Translations under genes and position numbers: made by a program
Origin: Octopus sinensis
Lineage: Eukaryota
Length of the DNA stretch: 64,000 nucleotides
NCBI RefSeq assembly: GCF_006345805.1
Contig: NW_021832606.1
Coordinates: 1-64,000 of the forward strand
Direction: 5' to 3'
Shown: piece by piece, positions 1 through 11,349 of the stretch
Layout: the number at the start of each line of letters is the position of its first letter
How positions within the stretch are numbered: position 1 is the stretch's first letter
Notes under the pieces: model-generated
The model's input: only the letters and a program-made list of their open reading frames with translations
Database searches by the model: none
Told to the model about the DNA's origin: nothing

Positions 1-93
1 TCAAAATAATTAAAATGGTCTTAGCATTTTGATGTAAATCAGCAGAAAGACTAAAAATTTGATTTAAAAAGCAAGTTTGACCAAATAAGCACA

Positions 94-1033
94 TCAATAA
101 AAATATTGGGGATCATATGTTATCCAATTAGGTTTGAGTTGATTGGCTGCCTTCTCACTCGTACTAAATATAGACTTGTACACCTCCGTGGACTCCCCCT
201 CCTGAATACTCCTCGTCTCACTCCTCACTTCAACTCCCCGAGTAGTCCGGTCGGAATCCTCGTTCACAATCCTCTTTGTGGCAGACGACAGTTCCAATCC
301 ATGCCTGTGTTTCTCAGACTTACACTTCCCCGACTTTGCCCTCCGTGCCAACATGAGTGCCTCCAACCTCTTGAACTCGTCCACGTCTGGAGAATTGATA
401 GTAATGACATCCACATCCCCCTCAAACACAGCAGAACACTGCATAGGCCACAACTACTCAAACTATAGGACAGGACGACTGGTTGATTGCGTCCAACGCC
501 TTTCTGCTGAGAACACAGCCACAGGGCCTCAAATATACGAATCTGAGTAATGAAGACAGCCTACTTGTGGTGACCGTTCATTTCCACGTTGGTGATTGGA
601 CATTTGAAGGGAGAGACGTGTCGGTCGTTGTATCCATTTCCCAGGATTTGTTGCTTTTCGTGGAATAAATCGTTGTCACATAAATTGAGTTCGGTGACAT
701 GCTGGGATATAGTCAGAAAATAACTTTTAGTCGCTTGATGTGGTCAAATTGGGAGGCGAGGGGAGAGGATGTCTTGTCGAGAAGGAGGGCAATCACAGCC
801 TCCTTATTATACAGTCTGATACTCACCAACGGAATGCCAACCTGCCCAATTCACAAGACACTATTGGCTTCTTTAAGGTGTGCTGAGATATTGAGCAGGT
901 TCGCCATTTTGTTTCGTGGACGGACTCTCTGTCTTTCTGTTATGTATCAGATTGTTTAACTTACTATCGGTGGCTTGGGTTTTTCTTTGACCATCTCTGT
1001 CCTATGTGGTATGCTTCCTCCATCTCCTCCCAT
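94..1033 (-). CDS. RTF2: Replication termination factor 2 (RTF2/C20orf43), multi-exon
   Basis: N-terminus reads MGGDGGSIPHRTEMVK from ATG at 1033; internal IVSCELG..RLYNKEAVIALL; C-terminus EVYKSIFSTS...NWITYDPQYFY* (ORF 94..453). All match RTF2 family motifs; exons are separated by short GT-AG introns. Confidence 0.88.
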
Positions 1034-1399
1034 TTGCTTAAAACCACAACGAACAAAAAACACAAATTGATATTTTTTGTAAATAAATTATTTTTTATAT
1101 AAATATCATACAATTTTATAACTATTAATAAAATTCATTCAAATTAATAGATGAAAATCAATTTTTCACTGCCACCAAATTTCTGTTAATATTCATTATC
1201 GCAAGTCTCTTATTATGCTTTATTGCATATTTTTGGATTTTGAATTATTCAGAAATTTCTTTTTCCTTCATTCGAAAGCAGCTCTTGTTTATTTAAAGCG
1301 AATGTTTATAAGAAAATTCATTCTCCGACACAGGCACCATTTCAAATTTGTTTTGTTTTTCTTTTTTAGACAACTTGGCAAATTTTCCGAAATAATTTG

Positions 1400-2792
1400 A
1401 TGAATCAACAAGATTTTAACTTTCTTTACTACTCCCTAACTTGTTCAGTCCAGCTTCAAAATGTTATTTTGGGAAAAGATTTTTCAGATGTTGCTCAAAT
1501 AGATTTAAACTGCCTCGAGTTATTGTGAGAGTAAATAAAGATTTGATTATTTAAAACATAATAAAGTATCCATAGCAATGAAAACAAAGCAAGCACACGA
1601 TGGGAGAGTATCCTCCTGCCAGTTTGGAGGTGCTTGTGACGAATTGATTCTCTCCTCCTCGCACGATGGGAAAGTGCGGCTGTGGGAGACGGACAATCTC
1701 GACTTGGTTTCCGATTTGGACACAGCCCACAACAAAAATGTCTGCAACGCAAAATTCTCACACGACTACAAAAAGTGGATTGATACAATTTATTGCAGAG
1801 TCTATTCAGGGGGTTGGGACAAGACAGTGTGCTGTACTGATGTGGAGACTGGGAGACCTCTGGTGAGAGTAGCTAAGTAAATTGCAGTGGAGAACAATTC
1901 ATCCAGGGATAGTGACGTGGGTGGATGTCGGGGAATGGCTTGTTGCCTCTGTTTCAGATCCCGACCTTGTGTTACGAGTATGGGACTCCCGAAGTGGGAC
2001 ATGTGTCCATCAAACATTTGGTGGGAGTATATTACCCTCAGCATAGGTCTTCATAACTCCACCATCTCGTCTTGTTCTATATCGAAAAGTGGGGATAAAA
2101 TATTCACCACCTCATTTGACTATACCGCGAAATGCTACGACCTCATTTCTCAACGACAGACCATGGATTTGAGGTATCGATGACATCACTTAGTCATAGA
2201 GGTCACACGTGTGCCATTTCTCGCGGGACACTCTCGGAGAACGCATATGTCACTGCTGGGTGTGACAGGAATCTGTGCTATTGGACGATAGCTGGAGGGG
2301 AGTACAGGTGGTTCTCGGTTTCTGAGTGAAGGCATGCGGGACCTGCCCAAATGAATGGGGGACATTATAGTTGTGTCTCCTCCTGTGTTTTTTCCCACGA
2401 CAGTGAATGTTTTATTGTCAGATCTAGACCAATTTATTATTTCTTGTGGATTTGATCAGCGTCTAGTTTTGTGGGATGTGCAGACATGTTCACTGGTCAA
2501 TAAATGGACAGTCAATGTCGGTCTGATACACGACGTGGATGTAAATATGGACAACTCTCAGTTCCTAATTGCATCAGAGGTACAATTCTTCTCTCATTTA
2601 TAGAACGGAGCCATCCACACAAAGCAATTTAATTCTCCAGTCCACGACCATGTCCAAAAGAGAAGAAACACAGTTCATGTTATTCTTTTTACTCGATTTG
2701 AGTAGTGTCGAACCTGCAAGTCTTGCGTCGTGTCGACTGAACTAATCCATGACCAATGCATCGACTGTCGATTGGAAAACTGCACTAATTAG
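1400..2792 (+). CDS. WDR88: WD40-repeat protein, WDR88-like, multi-exon
   Basis: WD40 repeats in ORFs 1578..2603 (AHDGRVSSCQF..SHDGKVRLWE, GWDKTVCCTDVETG, CGFDQRLVLWDV). The spliced last exon reads CRTCKSC...DQCIDCRLENCTN*, resembling the CxxC...CxxC tail of WDR88. The start (1400 or 1578) is uncertain. Confidence 0.6.
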
Positions 2793-3324
2793 GATTTTTT
2801 AACACCAGAATTGAATTCTGATTTATATTGTTATTTTGCACGAAACACAAAAAGAGAACTTTCAGTTTTTATCGTCGGTTGTGGCGTACTATCAGCATTT
2901 TCTAGTAGCATTCGACCATTTTCAGGTCATTTGCAAGGATAGTGAGAGGGTTGTCCATGGTCTCCGTTGAAACCAGGCGGTGCTTAGGGAATATGACTCC
3001 ATTATGTAGGATTCATCCTCAAAATACATCCAAATACTCTTTATTTGTTGTCTAAGGTACTGAAGTCCCTCTATTGAACAATGTTTAATACAAATAGTGG
3101 AGAACTTGGATTAATGACACTCATGATCGGGGGAATTTCTGCAAAGAACAAAACTTACAGATTTGCTATGTAGTATCTATATCCTGCCTTCAAGAAACAA
3201 AAGTAAAAAATAGAAACTTGATAAAGACGTGAAAGCATACAAAATTATTCTACTGAAGCCAAAGTGGAGATAATATAAATAGGTATTTTCTATATTTCTT
3301 TTCTGACATTTAATTTTCTATTTT

Positions 3325-3457
3325 GACAGCTGTTAGCTCCAATATGCCAAAAGCATGATTGAGCCTAATCTTTTCGATGTTTTCTGAAACAAAATCTGCG
3401 TCATCCGAGTAAATCAGTTCTGTAGTCGAAATTGCTTTAATTTTCGCTTTTATTTCC
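3325..3457 (-). pseudogene. Possible small reverse-transcriptase remnant
   Basis: Minus frame reads EIKAKIKAISTTELIYSDDADFVSENIEK, resembling the non-LTR RT ELxYADD motif; short and isolated. Confidence 0.3.
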
Positions 3458-3699
3458 TAGAAGGCAGCCTCAAGGTATATAACAAATAAGAGCCTGTAAG
3501 TCATCATTCTAATCTTGTCGCCTCTTGGCTTATTTTCTTGTCAAATGAGTTACTCAAGGTAAACATAAAGTAAAAAGTGGAATTAAAGAAAATCCAACTT
3601 TAAGTTATTTTTAGTCAAAACAGTTAAATTCAGTCTATGTTAATTTTTTTTTATTCAAAAATAACAATTGTTAAATGATTATATTCGATACTGGAGTAG

Positions 3700-4009
3700 C
3701 TAAGAGTCGTTTGAAATGAGATCGAGGAATTCTGTTGAATGAAAATTAAGTTGCACCTTTAAAATTGATATTTCCATCGCTATCCTGGTCGCAAGATTTA
3801 ATTAGATTTCGACATTCTTCTTCTGTACAGCAGACACCCGCAAGATTAAAAACTTTGCTGAGTTCTCTGGCGTTTATTTTCCCGTTGCTGTCCAAGTCCA
3901 ATTGGTCAAAACATTTTTTGACATCTAACAAAATGACTGGAAAAAAACTCTCGAGATCGGTTGAAATGAACTTTCTCGACTATTAGACATTAACCAAATA
4001 CAAAACCAT
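3700..4009 (-). CDS. Small calmodulin-like protein with two EF-hands
   Basis: EF loops DLDSNGKINARE and DQDSDGNINFKE. Splicing three 23-27-nt GT-AG introns gives MSRKFISTDLENVKKCFDQLD...EFLDLISNDS*, with an ATG-only first coding exon (4007..4009). Confidence 0.8.
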
Positions 4010-4235
4010 TCAAAGATGACCGAAATATTTGACATTCTCTTTTATTCATGCTGAAGGTCTGAACAATGTATATTTCACTTATGAATTGACTTTATTTTAA
4101 TAAAAATACACGTTTATATACAATGACGCAGAGATTCATTGGTTGTGAATCATCTCGCTGAAACTAAGAGTGCTTAGAGCAAATGCGAATGAATGAACAA
4201 AGACTCGAAAACGTTCCAAATGATGAGAACAGTGA

Positions 4236-5159
4236 CTATATTTTGCTAACTAAAACGAGAAAAGCAACTCCAGCCAAGGCAGAAAGCAATATTTGGAAAG
4301 TGTGTCGCATTCCCCCGACTTGGTGGGAGCCCTTTGTGAGCGGCCCGAGCATGTTTACAGTGCCGATGTATATGAACCCCCCGGTGCAGAAGGGAATCAA
4401 AACTCCCTCAATACGCGAACTCAAATTGCCCAAAACAAATGACAGGATGACGCCAAAAATGAAGCCCAGTGCCGTGACGAACTGAAGGAGTATTGCCTAT
4501 CATAAGACATGGAAACAAGCCTGCTTTTTGGTGCAATTGGCGTTGATTAGACTGACAAAGTCCCCAATCTCGTTGGGAAATTCGTGGCACAGAATAGAAA
4601 ATGACGAACTCAGTCCGAGAGATGTGCTGTGCATAAACGACGCGCCGATGATCAGCCCGTCAGTGATGTTGTGCACAAAATCCCCTACGAGGTTGATGAA
4701 TCCTTGCGCCTTCATTGAAATCTGCTCTTTCGCACTGTGCTCTGCGTCACTTTTCTCTTTCGTTCTGCGACGAATGGTTGTCGACTCCGTGACAATCGGC
4801 TCCGAAGGTTCCTCTGGGGCGTCGGTCGGGGATGCTTTGAGAGTCAAATTGAGGACTTTTTCCATAGCAAAAAAGCCATAGAGTCCCACTAAAATGAAAT
4901 ATCTGTTGTTGGCAGTGTTGGCGGTGGTGAATATTTCAGGCATCAAATGGAAAAATACGTCCGACAGCAACCCCCCGGAAGCAAAGGCGAGCAGAATCTA
5001 CGAATAGGACATTATCCATGTCACCTCCAAGGACCCGTCCCAGTTACTTTTGTTTACGCTCACGAAAATGAGGAGAAGTGCAGGCAAAATGCCGACTGTG
5101 ATTGCTGCGAGAATTGCCTGGACGATCGGGAAGTCGAGAAGGAGGTGGAGAGTGACCAT
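4236..5159 (-). CDS. LIV-1 subfamily ZIP metal transporter (SLC39A7/A13-like), multi-exon
   Basis: LLSFASGGLLSDVFFHLMPE, GDFVHNITDGLIIGASF, LCHEFPNEIGDFVSL and FYIGTVNMLG motifs; several hydrophobic TM segments. The 3' end is approximate. Confidence 0.88.
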
Positions 5160-5669
5160 TGTAGACTGGCTGTTGAAAATTAAATTCTGCACTTTTCTAC
5201 GATTATATATCTTTTTGAGAATCAATAAAATAATTTAAATCAGCTCATTAGTGTTTGGGAGTTGTCGTAGAATGAATCAAATTAAAATTATTCAATCGCA
5301 ATTACTCCTTGAATGGCTGATAATTATTAATTTACTTTTACCCCGGATAAATTGTTCTCTTTACACACACATTGACAAATCTTGTTCAAAAATTCAAATT
5401 TCTTATATTTCACTACTCTTAGATCATGACGTATTACTCGGAGTGTCGTTACTATCATTCCGTGTTCTGAGCTTTTTTCTTCAAAGTAATTTTTATTGGT
5501 CACTTTGATTAACAATCGCCTCAAAATTCACAATTGTCGCTTTCCTGTCCAAATAGTCAACCACCAAGTAGTTACTTCTATGCAGATAATCAAATTATTT
5601 GACAATAGTGTTTTTATAAATTGTTTGAGTAATACAACAAAAAAGCAACATCACAATTTGTTTACAAAA

Positions 5670-7184
5670 TCATCGTAAAATATCAAACGTGTCACCATCC
5701 TCAATCATTTCACTGCAAAATGTGCGCGGCGGAGACTTGATCGGTATTTCTTCTACGACCTGATCGTCCGAATTTACAGGACGGTGGAATGTCGCATCAA
5801 TCAGAGACTGCAAAGGCGTTTGTTTCCTTTCATTGGTCGTTGAATTGAGTTGACTATTCAGCGAAGGGAGGCTGTTGAGCATTGCGAGTGGCGTCGGCAA
5901 TTTTTTAGAAACTTTCTGGATGGACTGCTTGTCTTCCATTTTTCGTTTCCTTGGCCGATAAATCGTAGGGACAGCCCGTTTATCAGGCACAATAAACGCA
6001 TAGTTCTGCTGAATCTCATTTATCTCGTCCTGAGGAGCCTGAGGAGTGGCCGGTGGAGACACTCGGTCACAGAGAATGCAGGGTTTCTGAAAACGAATAA
6101 TCGCCTGCTTTCCCGACGACTTGCGTATTTCATGCTTAAGCAACTCCGAACGTGCCATGTCCACCACACAGCTCAAAATAGAACGAGGAAACTCATCAGA
6201 ACTCCCCATTTGGGACGAAGGGGCCACCCAGTCGTACATAAGTTCGATCGGGGACTTGGAGCCGAGCATTAAGTAGACCTCCACCACCGAGAGCTGTCCA
6301 GCCTTGCCGACAGAAAGTCCTCCTTCCCACAGGGCAGTCACACTTTCGAGAGAACCAGAGAAATTGGACAAATTGCGACTCAAATTGTTGGTATTTTGGA
6401 GAATACTGGACGTGTGGGAGTCCGTGTTGTGCAGTCGAATTCTCCCAGAAGAGGACACCAGTTGGTATGCCACAGCACTCTTCCCACTCGGAAGGAACAT
6501 CCTCATGTCCCCATTCCCCAACCGTTCTCCCAACAGTTCGAGCAGCACCCCCATTTGCTGTCCGTGAGGCACTCTCAACTGCAGATTAGCCACAAAGCCA
6601 CTGCGTTGGACAGTCAGGAGAGCCTGGACAGACCGAGGACGGAGGGACAACATCAAAGTGTCAGGAAGGAAACTTGAGAGGACAGTTTCGTGTTTTTTGA
6701 ACAATTCAGAGAGAGCATTGCTTCTGGGCATTTTGACCTTCAAATACTTCTCTTTGTGGGGGATTCCGAGTCTGGCGAGTGTGTTTTTGCCCACGAGGAT
6801 GCTCCGATTAAAGACCAGTCCGTTCAGGAACTTGAGGAAATGTGGAGAAGAGTCCACCTTGCCCAGTCGACGGTACAATTCTCCGTAGGCGACGAGCACG
6901 GAGACTTGGCGAATGTCGGTGGGGACATCAGACCCGAAGGAGACATGTCCATCCAGTCGACGGAAATTACGGAAGAAAAATAGTCGAATTTGACGGACAC
7001 TTTTGGGGGGTCTTGGCCGACGTGCATAATTTATTCGTGCAGTCAGTTTGTGGAAGTCCTTTCCGTATTTGCACAAGAGTGAGTAGAAGGCAATTCGGTC
7101 CTCAGTGTCCCATATCTTGGCCACCTTGGGAGGGGGGTCTGTGGTTTGTGGGGCAGTATCTTCCGTCTTGTTGACATCCTCCAT
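5670..7184 (-). CDS. CRAMP1: Cramped-like SANT-domain chromatin protein, apparently single exon
   Basis: 506-aa ORF with WDTEDRIAFYSLLCKYGKDF...QIRLFFFR and LVAYGELYRRLG, matching the cramped SANT region; later LSLRPRS..ALLTVQ..G..ANLQL block; first ATG at 7184. Confidence 0.8.
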   Translation of the reverse strand: MEDVNKTEDTAPQTTDPPPKVAKIWDTEDRIAFYSLLCKYGKDFHKLTARINYARRPRPPKSVRQIRLFFFRNFRRLDGHVSFGSDVPTDIRQVSVLVAYGELYRRLGKVDSSPHFLKFLNGLVFNRSILVGKNTLARLGIPHKEKYLKVKMPRSNALSELFKKHETVLSSFLPDTLMLSLRPRSVQALLTVQRSGFVANLQLRVPHGQQMGVLLELLGERLGNGDMRMFLPSGKSAVAYQLVSSSGRIRLHNTDSHTSSILQNTNNLSRNLSNFSGSLESVTALWEGGLSVGKAGQLSVVEVYLMLGSKSPIELMYDWVAPSSQMGSSDEFPRSILSCVVDMARSELLKHEIRKSSGKQAIIRFQKPCILCDRVSPPATPQAPQDEINEIQQNYAFIVPDKRAVPTIYRPRKRKMEDKQSIQKVSKKLPTPLAMLNSLPSLNSQLNSTTNERKQTPLQSLIDATFHRPVNSDDQVVEEIPIKSPPRTFCSEMIEDGDTFDILR

Positions 7185-7230
7185 GACCACAAGACTTAAC
7201 TATTTAATAATTTTATTATTTTATTGAATA

Positions 7231-7307
7231 TTATTAACAGGTTTGTTTGAATTTGTAATTACTACTGTCACTGTGATCATAAATGAGAAAACTTTTCACT
7301 AAAAATT
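7231..7307 (+). repeat. Left copy of imperfect direct repeat flanking the R4-like retroelement
   Basis: TTATTAAC...ATTTGTAATTACTACT-GTCACTG...GAGAAAACTTTTCACTAAAAATT recurs at 8931..8997. Confidence 0.8.
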
Positions 7308-8930
7308 GTTTTATACGTAAATCACATAGCTGATCCCTAAGAAGGACGTGTGTGACTCCCCCAAGGATTTGAGGCCAATCTATGCCGAATTTATATAAGT
7401 TGACAACGAAATGTGTAAACATAAAGTTGTCAGAGTATATTGATGCTTTCGGATAAGTGACAATCAACTGGGCACAAGAAGAATGTGCAAAAGAACAAGC
7501 CATAATCAATCAGATCATGTTTTCTTAGACTATTTGTTACAAAAGTCTGGACTTGCTTATTGGATTGTCTGCTTTATTCAGAGTCTTATTAACAAATGGA
7601 AAATACGATTGACTTTTGAAAATAAATCATTGGGTCAAGTAAAAATAAGAAGAGGAATTTTGCAAGGAGACTTTGTCGCCACAGATCTTTGTGTTGGTAT
7701 TGGACCCTTTGAGTCGAATGTTAAATGGAAAATGCCCGAAAGTAACAATGGGGAATCGGATACCGATACTTAGGAGTTCTTGAAGATATGAACAGTAATG
7801 TCCTTAAAAAAGAAATTATGGGGAAAATTTATAATGAGGCATCCACTCGGATTAAGACGGAATTAAACTCTGTGAATTTATTTAAGGCGATAAACGAATT
7901 TTCACTCTCTCTATATAAATGATTGATATCGAGCCAGGGGAATTTGAACAAATTGACAAAAATGTCAGCAGAATTCTTACGGAGAGCCATATTCACATGC
8001 AACCGGCAAACAAAGAAAGACTATATTTACCAAGAAATAAACTTGGAAGAGGTCTCGAGTGTGTCAGTAACAAATCTGAACGAATGCTATTCCAATTTTA
8101 TCATGACTTGAAGCATAAAGCCGATTACTGCCTAAGAAGAGAGGGAATTCTACGGGTCGTCAATTCACAGAAAACTCACATGGCCACTATCGTAGAATTC
8201 ATATCCCGAAAGTACAATATCAAAAATATAAATGAACTGACAATAACTAAATTGGTGGAATTGAACATGAATATCTAATGAGGCAGATTGAAACTAAGCC
8301 ACTGCATTCTATTCTTTTCCAGTGTTTGAAGGACACTGAAGTTAATGAATCGCAGGATGGGTAGTTCATGGAAATAACTCGCCAATTAAGTTGTGGAAAT
8401 TCGAGTGGACAGAACTATTTCTACGGATACGGCTGTTTCAAACAATAAACCAGATATTTTTGTCCATGACAAGATGAGGAATACAATTACACTCATTGAA
8501 GTTGGGATTACCTCACAAAATTGCCTAAAGCAAGTTGAAGTGGAAAAGTTCCACAAATATGACCTTTGGCAAATGAATTAGGGGCGATTCATCGGGCTAG
8601 AGTGAAGATAATCCCTGTTGTACTTACTCGGGATGGAATTGTCTCAAAATTCTTCAAAAGTAATCTGGATTCTATCGCAGTGGAAGACAGAGTGAAGGCA
8701 TATATTCAAACACTCGTTTTAAGAAAAACATTGGAGAGTATGCAGGTGGAGACAAGACATGGAATATCGGTTCCCGGAGAGGAGCATGCAGTGATTGAAT
8801 GTCAACCGAAGGATTCTTCTCTACCAGGAATACGTGTACCGACTATGATAGTTGGGCATAAGAGACGAAGACTGTCCTAAATATAGATGCTTAAAAAAAT
8901 GCTATTATAAATTTTTATTACTCAATAAAA
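7308..8930 (+). mobile_element. Degraded 5'-truncated R4/Dong-like non-LTR retrotransposon (RT plus restriction-like endonuclease)
   Basis: LIPKKDVCDSPKDLRPI..PNLYKLTTKC, IRRGILQGD, RLYLPRNKLGRGL, NNKPDIFVHDK..ITLIEVGITSQ..EVEKFHKYDL, KIIPVVLTRDGIVSKF; many stops and frameshifts. Confidence 0.88.
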
Positions 8931-8997
8931 TTATTAACCTATATGTTAATTTGTAATTACTACTATATGTCACTGAGAAAACTGTTCACTAAAAATT
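8931..8997 (+). repeat. Right copy of the flanking direct repeat; contains the kinase start codon
   Basis: TTATTAAC...ATTTGTAATTACTACTATATGTCACTGAGAAAACTGTTCACTAAAAATT; ATG at 8967. Confidence 0.8.
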
Positions 8998-10279
8998 CCA
9001 ACCAACGCCAATCTCTACCCAAAAACAAAATAATTGTGTTTGATTCCGGCCCTGTCACAATTGACAGTGTGATTGGCTACGGTGATAAGAATATGTGTTA
9101 GTCACAGGCGGCTATTCGGTCATTTTTGCTGCCAAACGAAAGAAAGGCAATACCATGGCCCTCAAACAGTCCAACGTGAACACGGAAGCCAATCTAAACA
9201 GCTGCATTATGGAAATAAACGTGATGGTTTGTCCATTTCTTCATCCCAGAAAAAGTGCAGTCATCCCAACATCATTAAATACGTCGACAGTCATTACACC
9301 AAAATCGATTCCTTTCGTTCAGAAGTCTTTCTTTTGATGGAGTTGTGCAAAAGTGCTGGTTTTGTTTATTTTGTAGAAAGTGTGTTTCAGTTGTTGGAGG
9401 AGAATGCAGTCAAAGGACTCAAAGACGACCTCATTCTTCGAATCCTCAGAGACCTTTGCAGTGGACTGTCAGTCCTCCACGACAACTCTCCGCCAATCAT
9501 CAACCGAGACATCAAAGTAGTGTTTCCCTCGTGTCCAGGCCGAGAATGTGTTGATAAACTCAAAAGGAGATTTTGTCCTCTGCGATTTTGGGAGTGCTGT
9601 GTACGAGACTCCCCTCGACGAGAATATGGACATTTCGGACATTTCTCAACTGGAGGAAGAGATCGCCCAGTTGTTGTGTGTCTCACAGTCGCAGAGCCAC
9701 CACCTCGGGGTACCGACCCCCGGAAATGGTCGATTTGTACAGCGGAGAACACATTTCCTGCAAAGCTGACATTTGGGTTGTGCAGAGTTGTTGATTCGAC
9801 TAGGCTGTGGGGTGTCTGCTCTTTCAGTTATGTTTTGTCGCCATGCCCTTCCAAGAGAACAAATTGGCCATTTTGTCAGCCAAATATTCGTTTCCCAAAC
9901 CCTGCAATGCCCTGTTTGAGAGTGTCATTGGTCAGTTCTGTGGTCACTCACTTCCGTAGGGGACTGTCTCCAGGTCTCTCCCGCGAGTAGACCAAGTGTG
10001 GGGGACATTCTCAACTGCCTTAAGACTTGCACTTTGTCGAAGAAAGGCTCGAAAAAAACTAGTTTTCGCTTTATAAAACAAAAATCCGTTGATGTGAATG
10101 TTTATTGGTAGTTTGATCAGAAGCAAGTCCCCGATGATGTTTTTGAAGCAGCTCCTTTTGATTTTCCTCCAAATCCGTGGCCTTTGGACGAATCGGAGTT
10201 TGTGGCACAGGATGAGGGTGGACTCAACCCGTTTATGAACGAAGATGGATGTGTGAACGAGTCATTTAAAGATTCATGA
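8967..10279 (+). CDS. AAK1: NAK-family Ser/Thr kinase (AAK1/BMP2K-like), multi-exon
   Basis: MSLRKLF...VTIDSVIGYGGYSVIF (26-nt intron 9082..9107), MALK, HPNIIKYVDS, PPIINRDIK, VLCDFGSA, TTSGYRPPEMVDLYSG..ISCKADIW, C-terminal LNPF; stop TGA at 10277..10279. Confidence 0.85.
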
Positions 10280-10809
10280 CCTAACTTGACATATTTGTTT
10301 TATTAATTATATTTGTTATTTTTATTGGAACATTCATGTTCTGTTGACGCGACTGTATCCCTAACAATATAACGGAGTCCATTGGCTTATATAGTCATAG
10401 GAATGGAATAGTTTTTTAAGACTCCGGGTTCGGGCACGCTCGTTTTTAGGCCAATTTTCTGAAATAAGTAATTTTCAAAGGCAGACTAGATATTTCACGA
10501 CCCGGAACGGGGAATTTTTAATATTCAATTTTGCATTTTTAAAATTTTTTTAAAAAATTAACTCAAATGTATGTTGGTAACATCAATTCAATAATCGTTT
10601 AATATTTGACGATAAAAAATGAAACAGTTAAAGTAACGAGAAAATTGGATAAATTAAAAATTGTGACGCTATAATAACAGAAAATTGGGTTTCTTGTAGG
10701 CTTAAAACCACGGAAATTCCTTCAGTTCAAAGGAACTGGGATAATATTTATTGCTCACACATACTTGAAAATATTCGATTACACGTCGAACAGTCTTAAT
10801 TGGCAAGTA

Positions 10810-11040
10810 TTAATTGAGTTTGTCACCGATCTTGACAGCCGGTATGTTTCTGAACAACGAATCAGTCGCCATCGATATACGCTTTGCATTGAGATTTGCC
10901 AGCCTCATCGTTGCAGGTGTGGCAAACTCGTCGACAGGAGAACAATACAATTGTTGCTTCATCCCCTTGGCCTTCGAAACCAGTCGGATAATTGATGAAA
11001 AAGCCCTCAAGCTTTTCTCAGAAATTGGTTTAATCAATTT
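10810..11040 (+). mobile_element. CRE-like non-LTR retrotransposon 3' remnant
   Basis: Frames give ICQPHRCRCGKLVD (zinc knuckle) and FIPLAFETS..ALKLFSEIG, typical of CRE-clade endonuclease C-termini; the middle part is deleted. Confidence 0.55.
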
Positions 11041-11349
11041 TGAAAATTATTAGTCAATTATCCATTTTTTTCAATTTTTACATTTTTTGTAAAATTAATC
11101 CGAAAGTCGTTTTTTATTCATTGAGCCGAAAATCGTAATTTTCGTAAAATGAAGGAGATACTTGAAAATTTTCTTAACATTTCGTTTACGACATGTTTAT
11201 TAGTTCTTTATAATGGTGTCCTCAATTGTTACGGGATCACAAATCTTTTCAATATGATTCCAACAGTTCAATATTAAATGTTCCTCTACTCTTAGAAATG
11301 AATTCATCATAAATTCAGTATGTATAAATTAGAATTAGTTGCTCCTAAA

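Noticed and set aside
2800-3250. Small multi-exon gene on the minus strand
   Set aside because: Candidate GT-AG mini-introns exist, but I could not assemble a consistent stop-free model or recognise a product.
5250-5660. Gene between the ZIP transporter and CRAMP1
   Set aside because: Only short AT-rich ORFs with no motif.
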